Below, in pieces: positions 47,153-56,605 of a DNA stretch of 64,000 nt. Position 1 is the first letter of the stretch; each line of letters begins with the position of its first letter. The notes beneath the pieces are model-generated. The model made no database searches, was not told the DNA's origin, and saw nothing but the letters and a program-made list of their open reading frames with translations. Source of the DNA: a virus; the IMG/VR virus record IMGVR_UViG_3300032315_001657, positions 11,109 through 75,108 of that record; one strand, written 5' to 3'. Made by a program: the position numbers and the translations under genes.

Positions 47153-48259
47153 ATGGCAAAAAAGACAAATACCTTAGACGGTCTCAAAGACATTTTTAAG
47201 TCTGTTGACGATTTAAACCCTGATGCAGCTATTTTAGAAGCATCTACTCTTTCAACAGCAGATGAGTGGATTGATACTGGTTCATATGCTTTAAATGCTA
47301 TTATTTCAGGCTCTATGTATAAAGGTATACCTGTAGGTAGAATCTCAGGATTTTCAGGTCCGTCAATGGCCGGTAAGACTCTTATTATGAATAAGATTAT
47401 GGCTAATGCTCAAAAAGAAGGCTTTATTGCTGTGATTTGGGATTCTGAAGTAGCAGTAGATAAAAAAGGAGCTGAGGCTATTGGTATGGATGCATCTCGT
47501 ACTAAGTACTACCCTGTTGAGACGATTGAAGATTGTCGTAACCAAATTTGTGCATTTCTAGATAACGTTATTAAGGCTGATAACCCCGAGCTTAAATTTA
47601 TCATATCAATCGATTCTTTAGGTAACCTAGCTTCTGCAAAAGAAATTAGAGATACCGCTTCTAACAAAGATGCTTCTGATGTCGGACAAAGAGCTAAGGC
47701 TATTAAGTCTATGATGCGGGTTCTTACATATAAGGCTGCTAAGGCTCGGGTACCCATCCTTTTCTCCAACCACGTCTATGATTCAATGGAGATGTTTCCT
47801 ACTCTGGTAAAAACCCAATCAGGAGGCAAAGGACCAATTTATCTTGCCTCTGTATTAGTACAGCTTAGTACTAAGAATGAAAAGGTGTCTGATAACCCAA
47901 ATGAGAATTCAGTAGCTATTGCCCATAATATCTCGGGAGTTACATTGGGTGCACTAACGATTAAAAACCGTTTTGTACCTAACTATCTTAAAACTGAATT
48001 GTATCTTAATTTTAAAACTGGTCTAGATAAACATACCGGTCTTTTTGAAATCGCAGAGGCTTTTCAAGTTATTGAAAAACCAGGCCGTACTGTTATGTTC
48101 AATGGGGAGTCTTTAGGTTACCGTAAAGATCTTGAAAAGAATCCAGAGTTCTGGGCTAAAGTTATGCCTAAACTCGAAGAGGTTCTTCAAGAAAAACTTT
48201 GCTATGGCGGCGGTGATACATCAGTTGATATTAAAGAAGAAGTCGATAATATTGATTAA
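47153..48259 (+). CDS. uvsX: RecA-like recombinase UvsX
   Basis: DTGSYALN, GPSMAGKT, DSE, IDSLGNL, NHVY, SGGKG. Confidence 0.92.
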   Translation: MAKKTNTLDGLKDIFKSVDDLNPDAAILEASTLSTADEWIDTGSYALNAIISGSMYKGIPVGRISGFSGPSMAGKTLIMNKIMANAQKEGFIAVIWDSEVAVDKKGAEAIGMDASRTKYYPVETIEDCRNQICAFLDNVIKADNPELKFIISIDSLGNLASAKEIRDTASNKDASDVGQRAKAIKSMMRVLTYKAAKARVPILFSNHVYDSMEMFPTLVKTQSGGKGPIYLASVLVQLSTKNEKVSDNPNENSVAIAHNISGVTLGALTIKNRFVPNYLKTELYLNFKTGLDKHTGLFEIAEAFQVIEKPGRTVMFNGESLGYRKDLEKNPEFWAKVMPKLEEVLQEKLCYGGGDTSVDIKEEVDNID

Positions 48260-49608
48260 TGTCTTCGAAACTTGATCTCGACTATTACGAGAATATCATA
48301 CTCTTTAACTCTCTCCTGAGTCAAGAGTACCTTTCCTCAATAATAGAGCATACCGATCCTGAATACTTTAGTGATCGAATCGTTAAGACAATATTCAAAG
48401 CTATTGTATCTTACTTTAATGAGAGAGGTCAATGCCCTACAGCTACTGAACTTAAATCTCGCTTAACAACTGAAGAAGAGAAAAAAGCCTTTAATGAAGT
48501 AGCTTCTAAGTTTAAAGAGTTTGATACTAACTTTAATAAAGAAGAGTTACTAAACAATACAGAGCGCTTTCTTAAAGAACGCTGTTTATATAAGACGATT
48601 GTTGAAACAGCTGAGAAGTATGCTCAGGGTAAAGCTGATCCTGCTGAGACGCTTAGAGACTTCGAAAAGGCTTACAATATTAATTTAGCAGAAGATATCG
48701 GTTCTTGGTATTTCGAAGATATTGATGAACATATTAAAGAACTTACCAAGATTTATAATCCTATACCTACAGGGTGGAAGTTTTTAGATGAAAGACTTGA
48801 AGGTGGGTTGTTCGCTAAAACATTAACTTGTTTAGTTGGTCAGGTCAATGTAGGTAAGAGTATATTTTTAGGTAACTTAGCTGCTAATATGGTAATGAGG
48901 GGTAAGAACACCCTTTTAATATCGCTTGAAATGTCTGAGTTTATGTATGCTAAGAGAGTAAGTACTCAGCTAACTCAAATACCTCATAGTGATTTAAAAG
49001 TCTATACTGACGAACTCAAACAACAGATCGGGCACTTACATAAGCAACTTGATTCAAAGCTTATTATTAAAGAGTATGCACCAAAGACTGTAACAGTTCG
49101 TCATATTGATGGTTATATCGGGAAGTTAAAACATAAAGGGTTTGTACCTGAAGTTGTTGTTATTGATTATATCAATCTTCTTAAACCTACTTCTAAAAAT
49201 TTAAACTCATATGCTGAAATTAAAGAGATAGCCGAACAGCTTAGAGCTCTTTCCTTTAAGCATAGCATACCCTTTGTAACTGCATCTCAGTTAAATAGGG
49301 GTGCATTTAATACAGTATCCCCTGGCATGGAAGGCATTTCAGAAAGTATTGGGCTGGCTGCTACATGTGACGTTATTTGTTCTCTTTGGCAGGAAGCTGA
49401 AGATAAAGAATTAGGACTCATTCACCTCGGTATGCAGAAGAATCGCTTTGGTGTTAATTACGGTCACTGTACCTTTAAGGTCAAATATGAAACGTTAACT
49501 CTTACAGAAGTTAACCCGGATCACTTTGCACAGGAAAATACCCAGCAGGCGGTACAAGAGGCTGAAAATACTTTAACAAAGTTAACAGAAGAAAAAAGCA
49601 CACCTTAA
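48259..49608 (+). CDS. Replicative DnaB-like helicase (gp41)
   Basis: IPTGW, GQVNVGKS, ISLEM, IDYINL, TASQLNR, SES, KNRFG. Confidence 0.93.
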   Translation: MSSKLDLDYYENIILFNSLLSQEYLSSIIEHTDPEYFSDRIVKTIFKAIVSYFNERGQCPTATELKSRLTTEEEKKAFNEVASKFKEFDTNFNKEELLNNTERFLKERCLYKTIVETAEKYAQGKADPAETLRDFEKAYNINLAEDIGSWYFEDIDEHIKELTKIYNPIPTGWKFLDERLEGGLFAKTLTCLVGQVNVGKSIFLGNLAANMVMRGKNTLLISLEMSEFMYAKRVSTQLTQIPHSDLKVYTDELKQQIGHLHKQLDSKLIIKEYAPKTVTVRHIDGYIGKLKHKGFVPEVVVIDYINLLKPTSKNLNSYAEIKEIAEQLRALSFKHSIPFVTASQLNRGAFNTVSPGMEGISESIGLAATCDVICSLWQEAEDKELGLIHLGMQKNRFGVNYGHCTFKVKYETLTLTEVNPDHFAQENTQQAVQEAENTLTKLTEEKSTP

Positions 49609-49649
49609 CTTGATTAATAGCATTTTATGTAGTAAATACTCTACATCAG

Positions 49650-49958
49650 ATGTTTAACGAAAAAGTCCTTAATGACTTTAACTCCAGAACTAACCCTTTA
49701 AGTCAAATTTGTACCAAAGAGTATATTCTCGGGGTATTTAAATTCGGCTCTTACCTTTCTATTATTCATAATAAAAGACTTAACCCATCTGCAATTTTTG
49801 TATGTGTTTTAGAAAACAGAGAAATAAGAGATATGTTTGTGGAAATTACACATTCAGACTCTGTACACGAAGCTTTACTTGGCCTGTTGCAATTATACCC
49901 CCCGCTATTAAAATCGAAGAACACCAAACGGTTGTTTAAGAAATCAATAGCAAAATGA
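49650..49958 (+). CDS. Hypothetical protein
   Basis: 102 aa ORF in the replication module. Confidence 0.55.
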   Translation: MFNEKVLNDFNSRTNPLSQICTKEYILGVFKFGSYLSIIHNKRLNPSAIFVCVLENREIRDMFVEITHSDSVHEALLGLLQLYPPLLKSKNTKRLFKKSIAK

Positions 49959-50623
49959 CGAACCTAGAACAGCGTATATTCAATAAACACTTAGCCGTAT
50001 CTCGTTCCCTTCGTAATAAACCTTTCAAGCTTCGTCAGAACTTTGATAACTTCGAACAAGATCCGAAATATATTCATATAAAAAGACTTTCAATATTCTT
50101 TTCAAAGTATCCAGATGTTAATATGGATACCTATTTTTTATCTCCCTATAAACTTTATCCTGATGTTCAGTATTTTGATTTAGCTTACTTTGCTTCACCT
50201 AGAGCAATAAAGTCATATACAATTTATAAACAACAATTATTTCAAGAATCTCCAGATGCTCAAAAAGATGATGTGAAAGAGTCTCTACAATTTTTAGTTC
50301 GTTATTGCTTACAGAATAAAATACAACTCCACGATTATATCTATCATAAAGATAAAAGCATTGAACCTATCTGGACCTATCATATTAAGCATAACAAAAT
50401 TAACCCTTATGTTTTAATGGAGTTTCCTAATATATTTCATACAATACAGGAAATGCCTAAAGATGAGAGAGAGTTCCTTTTAGGACGTTTCGGAACTAAC
50501 TTTCTTGATTACCGGACAAAGTATATGAATTCTAAAGAACTCAGGCCGTTTTTGGAAAAAGCTTTTTTCCGTCTAAAACTTTTTGTAGATAAAAACTTGA
50601 ACTCTGCAAAATACAATACATAA
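49955..50623 (+). CDS. Possible gp59-like helicase loader
   Basis: Size (222 aa), aromatic/basic helical composition and position immediately before gp32; based mainly on synteny. Confidence 0.4.
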   Translation: MTNLEQRIFNKHLAVSRSLRNKPFKLRQNFDNFEQDPKYIHIKRLSIFFSKYPDVNMDTYFLSPYKLYPDVQYFDLAYFASPRAIKSYTIYKQQLFQESPDAQKDDVKESLQFLVRYCLQNKIQLHDYIYHKDKSIEPIWTYHIKHNKINPYVLMEFPNIFHTIQEMPKDEREFLLGRFGTNFLDYRTKYMNSKELRPFLEKAFFRLKLFVDKNLNSAKYNT

Positions 50624-50633
50624 TATATCAACT

Positions 50634-51554
50634 ATGACATTCACAAAAAATATGTTTAACGAAATTAAGGCCTCCTTGTCTGATAAAAAAGATAGCTCAT
50701 ATAAGGATATCATGAAATTTGAACCCGGGAAGACTTACGTTGTTCGTCTTGTCCCTAACGTAACTGATCCTAAGACTACAATGTATCATTACTATCACCA
50801 TTCCTGGAATAGTCTTTGTACTGGTCAGTTCGTTACTACCCTTTGTCCTTCTACTTACGGAGAGCAATGCCCGATCGATCAATACGTTCTTAAGACCTAC
50901 AATACCGGGTCTGCTGAAGATAAAGAAAAAATTAAACCGATCACACGTAAAGAGAATTGGTTTGTTAATGCCTATATTATCTCTGATCCTACTAATGCTG
51001 AAAACGAAGGTAAAGTTAAGGCTATTCGCTACGGTAAAGAGTTAGCTAAGGTTATCAACGCAGCTATTGACGGAGATGATGCTGATGAGTTTGGTGTTAA
51101 GATCTTTGATGTTGCTGAAGGCTGTTCCCTCAAGATTAAATGCGAGTCTCGTACCGGCATGGGTGGCTCTAGAGCCTTTGTTACATACTCGGCTTCAAAG
51201 TTTACTTCGCCCTCTAAGCTTGAAGGTGTAGATGCTAAGAAGATTGATGGCATCTATGAGTCTGTTCTTGAGCTTGATAAGTTCAATAAGCCGAAAACCT
51301 ATGCTGAACTTCAGCGTATGCTTGATCAGCACTTCTTTTGTATTCAGGATGTTACCTCTGTGGAAGAAGATGATGAACCCGTCTCTAAACCTACCCCTTC
51401 AAAGAAGGATGAAGCATTAAACTCCATCTTTGCAGGTATTAAAGAGGCTACTTCAACTATTGAGCCATCTGTTTCTAAAGTCGAAGTATCTGAAGAAAAG
51501 CCGGCTGTTGATGATACTGATGCTAAACTCAAAGAACTTCTCGCAAGTCTTTAA
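50634..51554 (+). CDS. Single-stranded DNA-binding protein (gp32)
   Basis: VRLVP, H...CP.T.GE.CPI, NEGKV...YGK, acidic tail. Confidence 0.9.
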   Translation: MTFTKNMFNEIKASLSDKKDSSYKDIMKFEPGKTYVVRLVPNVTDPKTTMYHYYHHSWNSLCTGQFVTTLCPSTYGEQCPIDQYVLKTYNTGSAEDKEKIKPITRKENWFVNAYIISDPTNAENEGKVKAIRYGKELAKVINAAIDGDDADEFGVKIFDVAEGCSLKIKCESRTGMGGSRAFVTYSASKFTSPSKLEGVDAKKIDGIYESVLELDKFNKPKTYAELQRMLDQHFFCIQDVTSVEEDDEPVSKPTPSKKDEALNSIFAGIKEATSTIEPSVSKVEVSEEKPAVDDTDAKLKELLASL

Positions 51555-51557
51555 TTT

Positions 51558-52223
51558 ATGTTAAGAAGTAAAAAGAAACTCCAATACGCTAATCATAACA
51601 TTCTTCATTCACCTGAAGAAGTTGAAGGGCTTATTAATAATGCTGCAAAGGCTTATGAAGCTTATCTTGATGCTTTAGGCTTTGATTGGCGTAACGATCC
51701 GAATAGTGCTGATACACCTCGACGGGTTGCTAAGGCTTTTGTTACTGATTTAGCTATGGGGTGTTATTCTGCACCCCCTAAAGTAACCGCCTTCGATAAC
51801 GTGGATGGTTATGATGGTATGGTTTGTCAGAACAATATCAAAGTTGTTTCAATGTGCTCTCACCATCATGCACCTTTTATGGGTGTAGCTCATGTAGCTT
51901 ATTTACCCGCTAAGAATGGTAAAGTAATTGGACTATCAAAGCTTAATCGTATTGTAGATTGGTTTTCAAGAAGGCCTCAAGTTCAAGAAAACTTAACTAT
52001 GCAGGTTCATGAGTACATTGATCAAGTTTGCGAGAAGAATAAAGGAGTAGCTATATTAATTGAAGCTAATCATACTTGTTGTTCTAACCGTGGGATTAAG
52101 CATGATTCAACTATGAGAACTGCTAGAATGTCTGGTTCCTTTTTAGATGAAAAAGATAATTCAAGGGCTGAGTTTTACAAATTTGTGGAGTTTGCCCAAA
52201 ATAATAAAGGACATATTTCATAA
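51558..52223 (+). CDS. folE: GTP cyclohydrolase I
   Basis: DTPRRVAK, SMCSHHHAPF, IGLSKLNR, RRPQVQE, HTCCSNRG. Confidence 0.95.
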   Translation: MLRSKKKLQYANHNILHSPEEVEGLINNAAKAYEAYLDALGFDWRNDPNSADTPRRVAKAFVTDLAMGCYSAPPKVTAFDNVDGYDGMVCQNNIKVVSMCSHHHAPFMGVAHVAYLPAKNGKVIGLSKLNRIVDWFSRRPQVQENLTMQVHEYIDQVCEKNKGVAILIEANHTCCSNRGIKHDSTMRTARMSGSFLDEKDNSRAEFYKFVEFAQNNKGHIS

Positions 52224-52224
52224 A

Positions 52225-52662
52225 ATGAGTACAATTGAAGAACAACTTGCAACAGCTATTGTAGCTAAGATGGCAGGAGTTGAACTACAAAAAGTAGACG
52301 AACACACCATAACCCAGTCTTCTACTGGTCCAGCTAGAAAGTTAGACCCTAAGTCATTTCTACCAGGTATGCAGCAGCATCAACAGAGGCAACAAGATGC
52401 AATTGTTGCTGCCGCTAACCGAGAGGCTGAAATGGCATACCCTTTGCCAGTTGATTATGGAAATCAGTCCCAGCCCGTACTTCAAACGTCTCCAGGTGCA
52501 CCGCCAGTTTTAGCACAACCTCAAGCTGATCCTAATCAACTCACCTTTGATTTCTTAGATGAAGCTACTACTAAAAAATCTTTAAAACAGCTTGATTTAA
52601 TTGTCGATTACCTGTATTCTATTAATAACAAATTAGATAAGGTACTCTCAAAACGTGACTAA
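52225..52662 (+). CDS. Hypothetical protein
   Basis: Q/P-rich; DPNQLTFDF motif. Confidence 0.6.
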   Translation: MSTIEEQLATAIVAKMAGVELQKVDEHTITQSSTGPARKLDPKSFLPGMQQHQQRQQDAIVAAANREAEMAYPLPVDYGNQSQPVLQTSPGAPPVLAQPQADPNQLTFDFLDEATTKKSLKQLDLIVDYLYSINNKLDKVLSKRD

Positions 52663-53392
52663 CATTCTGTCTCTCAATAAAGAATCTTTTGTTCAGAAGT
52701 TTCTTTCACCTATTAGTAAACTAGCTGATAACGTTTCCATCACTATTGATGATAACGAGGTATTTACTACTTGCGCCTCTCAGGATGGCTCAGTGGTACT
52801 CTTAGCTAGTTACAAAACCGATACAGCTGTTAGAGGTATACCCCGGATAAACCTTCCTGATGTTAAAAAGTTTGTCCGTCTTCTTGATTGCGTTGAAGAG
52901 AGTGACATAGCATTGACTATTGAAGATAATCATCTCAAATATACTACACCATCTTTTAAGTTTAATTACTACCTTCTAGAAGATAGCTACATGCAGAGGT
53001 GCCCTGTTAATCCAGAGAAGATTAAAAAGCTAAAATACGATACTGCTTTTATTCTACCTAACTCAAAATTTAATGAAGTATTAAAAGGCAGCTCTATAGC
53101 TACAGACTCAGATAAGTTATACTTTTATACGAAAGATGGTAAAGTTTATTGTGAGCTTAACGATCTTGAGAGACAGAATATTAATAATATTACATACCTT
53201 GTAACAGACAAATATGTAGGAGAGGATATTAAAAATACTCTACCTCTTAATTTAGAGAATATTCGCTTACTTGCTGGTACTAAATGCAATGAATTTACCG
53301 TAAAGGTTAATAACGAGTTAAAAGTAACACTTTTTCAAATTGAAGAAAAAGATATTGATATAAAATTTATTATATCTGCGCTTGTAAAATAA
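52655..53392 (+). CDS. Sliding clamp (gp45/PCNA-like)
   Basis: 245 aa, two-domain alternating beta/alpha pattern, located in the replication module. Confidence 0.7.
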   Translation: MTNILSLNKESFVQKFLSPISKLADNVSITIDDNEVFTTCASQDGSVVLLASYKTDTAVRGIPRINLPDVKKFVRLLDCVEESDIALTIEDNHLKYTTPSFKFNYYLLEDSYMQRCPVNPEKIKKLKYDTAFILPNSKFNEVLKGSSIATDSDKLYFYTKDGKVYCELNDLERQNINNITYLVTDKYVGEDIKNTLPLNLENIRLLAGTKCNEFTVKVNNELKVTLFQIEEKDIDIKFIISALVK

Positions 53393-53415
53393 CCCTATGA
53401 GGTATAAGTCTTAAT

Positions 53416-53754
53416 ATGTCAAATAAATTATCCACTCTTGGCTATACTCTGAAACGTCTAAGAGATTCAGGTTACTACGCCCACAAACTTTTTACAGAGT
53501 ACAATGATGCAGACCCTCGGGCATGGACTATTATAATTGATCCAGGTATTACTTCAGTCTTTTGTACCTGCTTTGTCAACCAACCTTTTTACGGAGAATC
53601 TTTTTTTGAGTTAACTGATGGGGATCAAAGAATTCCAGGCCGTTTAAAATTATCTACTTCTTCTTTTGAAGTTCTTGTAGAACATCTTGTAAAGTTTAAC
53701 ATTAATAACAAGGCTCCAGGGTATAATAAGAAGTTTGCTAATATTAATAAATAA
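53416..53754 (+). CDS. Hypothetical phage protein
   Basis: 112 aa; KRLRDSGY, DPRAWT. Confidence 0.6.
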   Translation: MSNKLSTLGYTLKRLRDSGYYAHKLFTEYNDADPRAWTIIIDPGITSVFCTCFVNQPFYGESFFELTDGDQRIPGRLKLSTSSFEVLVEHLVKFNINNKAPGYNKKFANINK

Positions 53755-53760
53755 TTGTAT

Positions 53761-54141
53761 ATGGCTAAGAGTGATAAAGATAAAAATAAGCCATCTAAAA
53801 GAGTTTATCGTAAAAAGAAAACAGAGTCTCTTGGCTTGAGTGCTCTGGAGGACTCTGAAGCTAAAATACTTCCGGAAAAACAGCTTGCTCAAGTTGAAGA
53901 GGTTATTAAGAATGCATTCCTTCGCTTTTACGATAACGCTACTTTAAAACAGTATAAAGTAAAAGATCTTGAACACCTGGATAGTGTTGTGTCTGAGTTT
54001 TTAAAGACCTTTATGATTTTGGGTTATGATCTAAATGGGGAGAAAGCATTTATTATGCACGCAACTAACCCCCACGACAAAGACGCTTTAGTTGAACATC
54101 TTCGTACAACTCTACTAGGTATTATTAATGCTCAGAGTTAA
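53761..54141 (+). CDS. Hypothetical protein
   Basis: ORF with FMILGYDLNGE. Confidence 0.6.
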   Translation: MAKSDKDKNKPSKRVYRKKKTESLGLSALEDSEAKILPEKQLAQVEEVIKNAFLRFYDNATLKQYKVKDLEHLDSVVSEFLKTFMILGYDLNGEKAFIMHATNPHDKDALVEHLRTTLLGIINAQS

Positions 54142-54169
54142 ATATCTCTAATTAGGGATAAATAACTCT

Positions 54170-55957
54170 ATGTCAAAAAAAGTTAAAGAAGAGATATTTA
54201 AAGATCCCTACGAAGACGTTATAATTGAAAACCCTATAGACGATTCTCAGTTTTATAGAGGGGATAAAAATGTACCAAAAGAGGATGCCCAGTTTGAGTG
54301 GACCCCGGCTATGGTCAAAGAGCTCAAAAAGTGTAAAGAGAATATCGTTCACTTTGCTGAAAGTCATTTTTGGATTGTAAACCTAGATCAGGGTAAAATG
54401 AAGATTGAGCTCTATAAGGCTCAAAAACGCGCTCTTAAGTCTCTAGCAGATAATAGGTTTGTCTGTGTCTTAGCCTCCCGTCAATGCGGTAAGACAACAA
54501 TTACCACTATCTACGCACTTTGGAATACCTGCTTCTTTGACGATCAACGTGTCATTATTGTTGCTAATAAAGAGAACACTGCCATTAATATTTTTAAAAG
54601 AATAAGAATGGCCTATGAAATGTTACCCAACTATCTTAAGCCCGGGGTAAAAGAGTACGGTAAAACTGGAGTAACATTTGCTAACGGTTCTAGTATTGGT
54701 ATTAGTACTACTACCTCAACTGCAGCTCGTGGCGATACTGCTTCTATTCTCTGTATTGACGAGGCGGCCTTTATTGATCCTCATTTTATGGATGAGTTTT
54801 GGAAATCTGTTATACCAATTGTGTCATCTGGTAAGAAGACTAAAATTTTTATGGTTAGTACTCCAAATGGATCTAGTAATAAGTTTTATGAAATTTATTC
54901 TGGAGCTGAAAAAGAAACAAACGGTTGGAAAGCTGAAAGGATTGATTGGTGGGATGTACCTGGAAGAGGTGAAAAGTGGCGCAAACAAATGGTATCAGCT
55001 TTAGGTTCTGATGAAGCGTTTCAACAAGAGTTTGGCAACACATTTCTTGATGCCGGTAACTCAGCTGTAGGAGCTGCTGTCATTGAAAGATTTAAAGAAC
55101 AAAAGAAGCCAGCTATCTACACTGGAGAGGAAGGAGCCTACAAGGTATTTGAGGCTCCAGACACTTCCAAGTTATATGCCATAGGTGTTGATGTCGGGGA
55201 AGGCATTGGGAGAGCTGCATCCGTGGCCCAAGTCCTTGATATTACAGACCTAACTGAGATAAAGCAAGTAGCTGTTTACGGAACCAATATTGTTGAACCC
55301 TATCATTATGCCAATAAGTTAGTCAATTTATGTTCCCAATGGGGCAACCCACCACTGCTTGTAGAGAGAAATAACTGTGGAGCTCAAATTATCGATGCTT
55401 TGTTTCATAAACATATGTACGAAAAAATCGTATCGTGCTCAAAACTCGCTAATACAGGGTCATTTTCTAATACAAGACATTTAGGAATTTTATCTCATAA
55501 TAATCTACGCTTTGCAGGTGTTGCTAATATGCGTTATTGGGTAAACTTTTTACAGACTGTTCATATAAATGATGTGGACACAATTAAAGAGTTTGAAACC
55601 TTTATTCGATACCCTAACGGCACTTACAGAAAGAAGAATGATTTGTTTTATGATGACAGAATTATGTCTCTTGTTTGGTCTTTGTTTATTCTAGAACCTG
55701 AAATTTGTCAACAATATTTTGAAATTCAAGAATTTGATGAACAAAATAAACCATTAAAGATAAGCAATTTAGATTATTTTGAAGTGGATAAAAGTTTATA
55801 TAAGGTGAAAGACTTAAGTAATAGTAATAATATAACAACTTTGGGTATTGATGATGATTCAAAGTATCAGCCATTAGTTTCTGAAAAAGAAATGGAAAAA
55901 ATGTTTGATACCTCAGATATGGATGATTTAATGTCCCAGGGTTGGAAGCCAATGTGA
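54170..55957 (+). CDS. Terminase large subunit (gp17)
   Basis: SRQCGKTT, IDEAAF, VSTPNG, FQQEF, GVDVGEG, VERNN, DDRIMS. Confidence 0.96.
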   Translation: MSKKVKEEIFKDPYEDVIIENPIDDSQFYRGDKNVPKEDAQFEWTPAMVKELKKCKENIVHFAESHFWIVNLDQGKMKIELYKAQKRALKSLADNRFVCVLASRQCGKTTITTIYALWNTCFFDDQRVIIVANKENTAINIFKRIRMAYEMLPNYLKPGVKEYGKTGVTFANGSSIGISTTTSTAARGDTASILCIDEAAFIDPHFMDEFWKSVIPIVSSGKKTKIFMVSTPNGSSNKFYEIYSGAEKETNGWKAERIDWWDVPGRGEKWRKQMVSALGSDEAFQQEFGNTFLDAGNSAVGAAVIERFKEQKKPAIYTGEEGAYKVFEAPDTSKLYAIGVDVGEGIGRAASVAQVLDITDLTEIKQVAVYGTNIVEPYHYANKLVNLCSQWGNPPLLVERNNCGAQIIDALFHKHMYEKIVSCSKLANTGSFSNTRHLGILSHNNLRFAGVANMRYWVNFLQTVHINDVDTIKEFETFIRYPNGTYRKKNDLFYDDRIMSLVWSLFILEPEICQQYFEIQEFDEQNKPLKISNLDYFEVDKSLYKVKDLSNSNNITTLGIDDDSKYQPLVSEKEMEKMFDTSDMDDLMSQGWKPM

Positions 55958-55958
55958 T

Positions 55959-56567
55959 ATGCCAGATAACGACCTTTGCGAGACTCCACAACCAACCCAG
56001 CAATCAGTTCTTAATAGATCTGGTAAGGATAAGTTTTTACTCGTTTTAAATTTACCTCAGGTTTTAAGAAAACAAACTCTTTCAAACAATTTACTAAAAA
56101 TTGATCCTTTGCAAATTAGTATCTTCGGAACTGTTATACCCCCAATACAGGTTCCAAGCAATGAGGTTCGTTTTGCAGGACAGTCCTATAATGTCTCTTC
56201 ATATACCCGTCCGAATTACCCCCCTTTGCCAGTAAATTTCATAGTAGATAACAGTTTTTATAACTACTGGGTACTATGGAAATGGTTATCTGTTTTAAAT
56301 GACCCTAACTCTAGCTATTACACTGGCACAGACCCTAAACTAGAAACTTGGAAAGATAGAACTGAAACTGGCATAGTTACTGAGTATCAAACAAATTTTT
56401 CTATTTTAGGTTTAAATGAATATAATCAAAAAAGTATAGAATTTGTATTCTATAATGCTTTTATTACTAATTTAGGCGGTATTAATTACGACTATAATGA
56501 TACTGAATTTATAAAATCTTCTGTAGAATTTCAATTTTCTAAACTAGATGTAATTATACCTACATAA
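55959..56567 (+). CDS. Tail-tube-fold protein (gp3 tail terminator / gp19-like)
   Basis: VNFIVD...NY..LWKW, FYNAFITNLG, VEFQF. Confidence 0.7.
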   Translation: MPDNDLCETPQPTQQSVLNRSGKDKFLLVLNLPQVLRKQTLSNNLLKIDPLQISIFGTVIPPIQVPSNEVRFAGQSYNVSSYTRPNYPPLPVNFIVDNSFYNYWVLWKWLSVLNDPNSSYYTGTDPKLETWKDRTETGIVTEYQTNFSILGLNEYNQKSIEFVFYNAFITNLGGINYDYNDTEFIKSSVEFQFSKLDVIIPT

Positions 56568-56586
56568 AAAAATACCATAAAAAGCA

Positions 56587-56592
56587 TAAATA
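56587..56592 (+). promoter_or_regulatory. T4-type late promoter core TAAATA (representative)
   Basis: Same core precedes the terminase (54159), tube (58712), and ORFs 61114 (TATAAATA at 61100) and 61959 (61943); gp55 is encoded. Confidence 0.65.
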
Positions 56593-56605
56593 ATAATACA
56601 AGATT

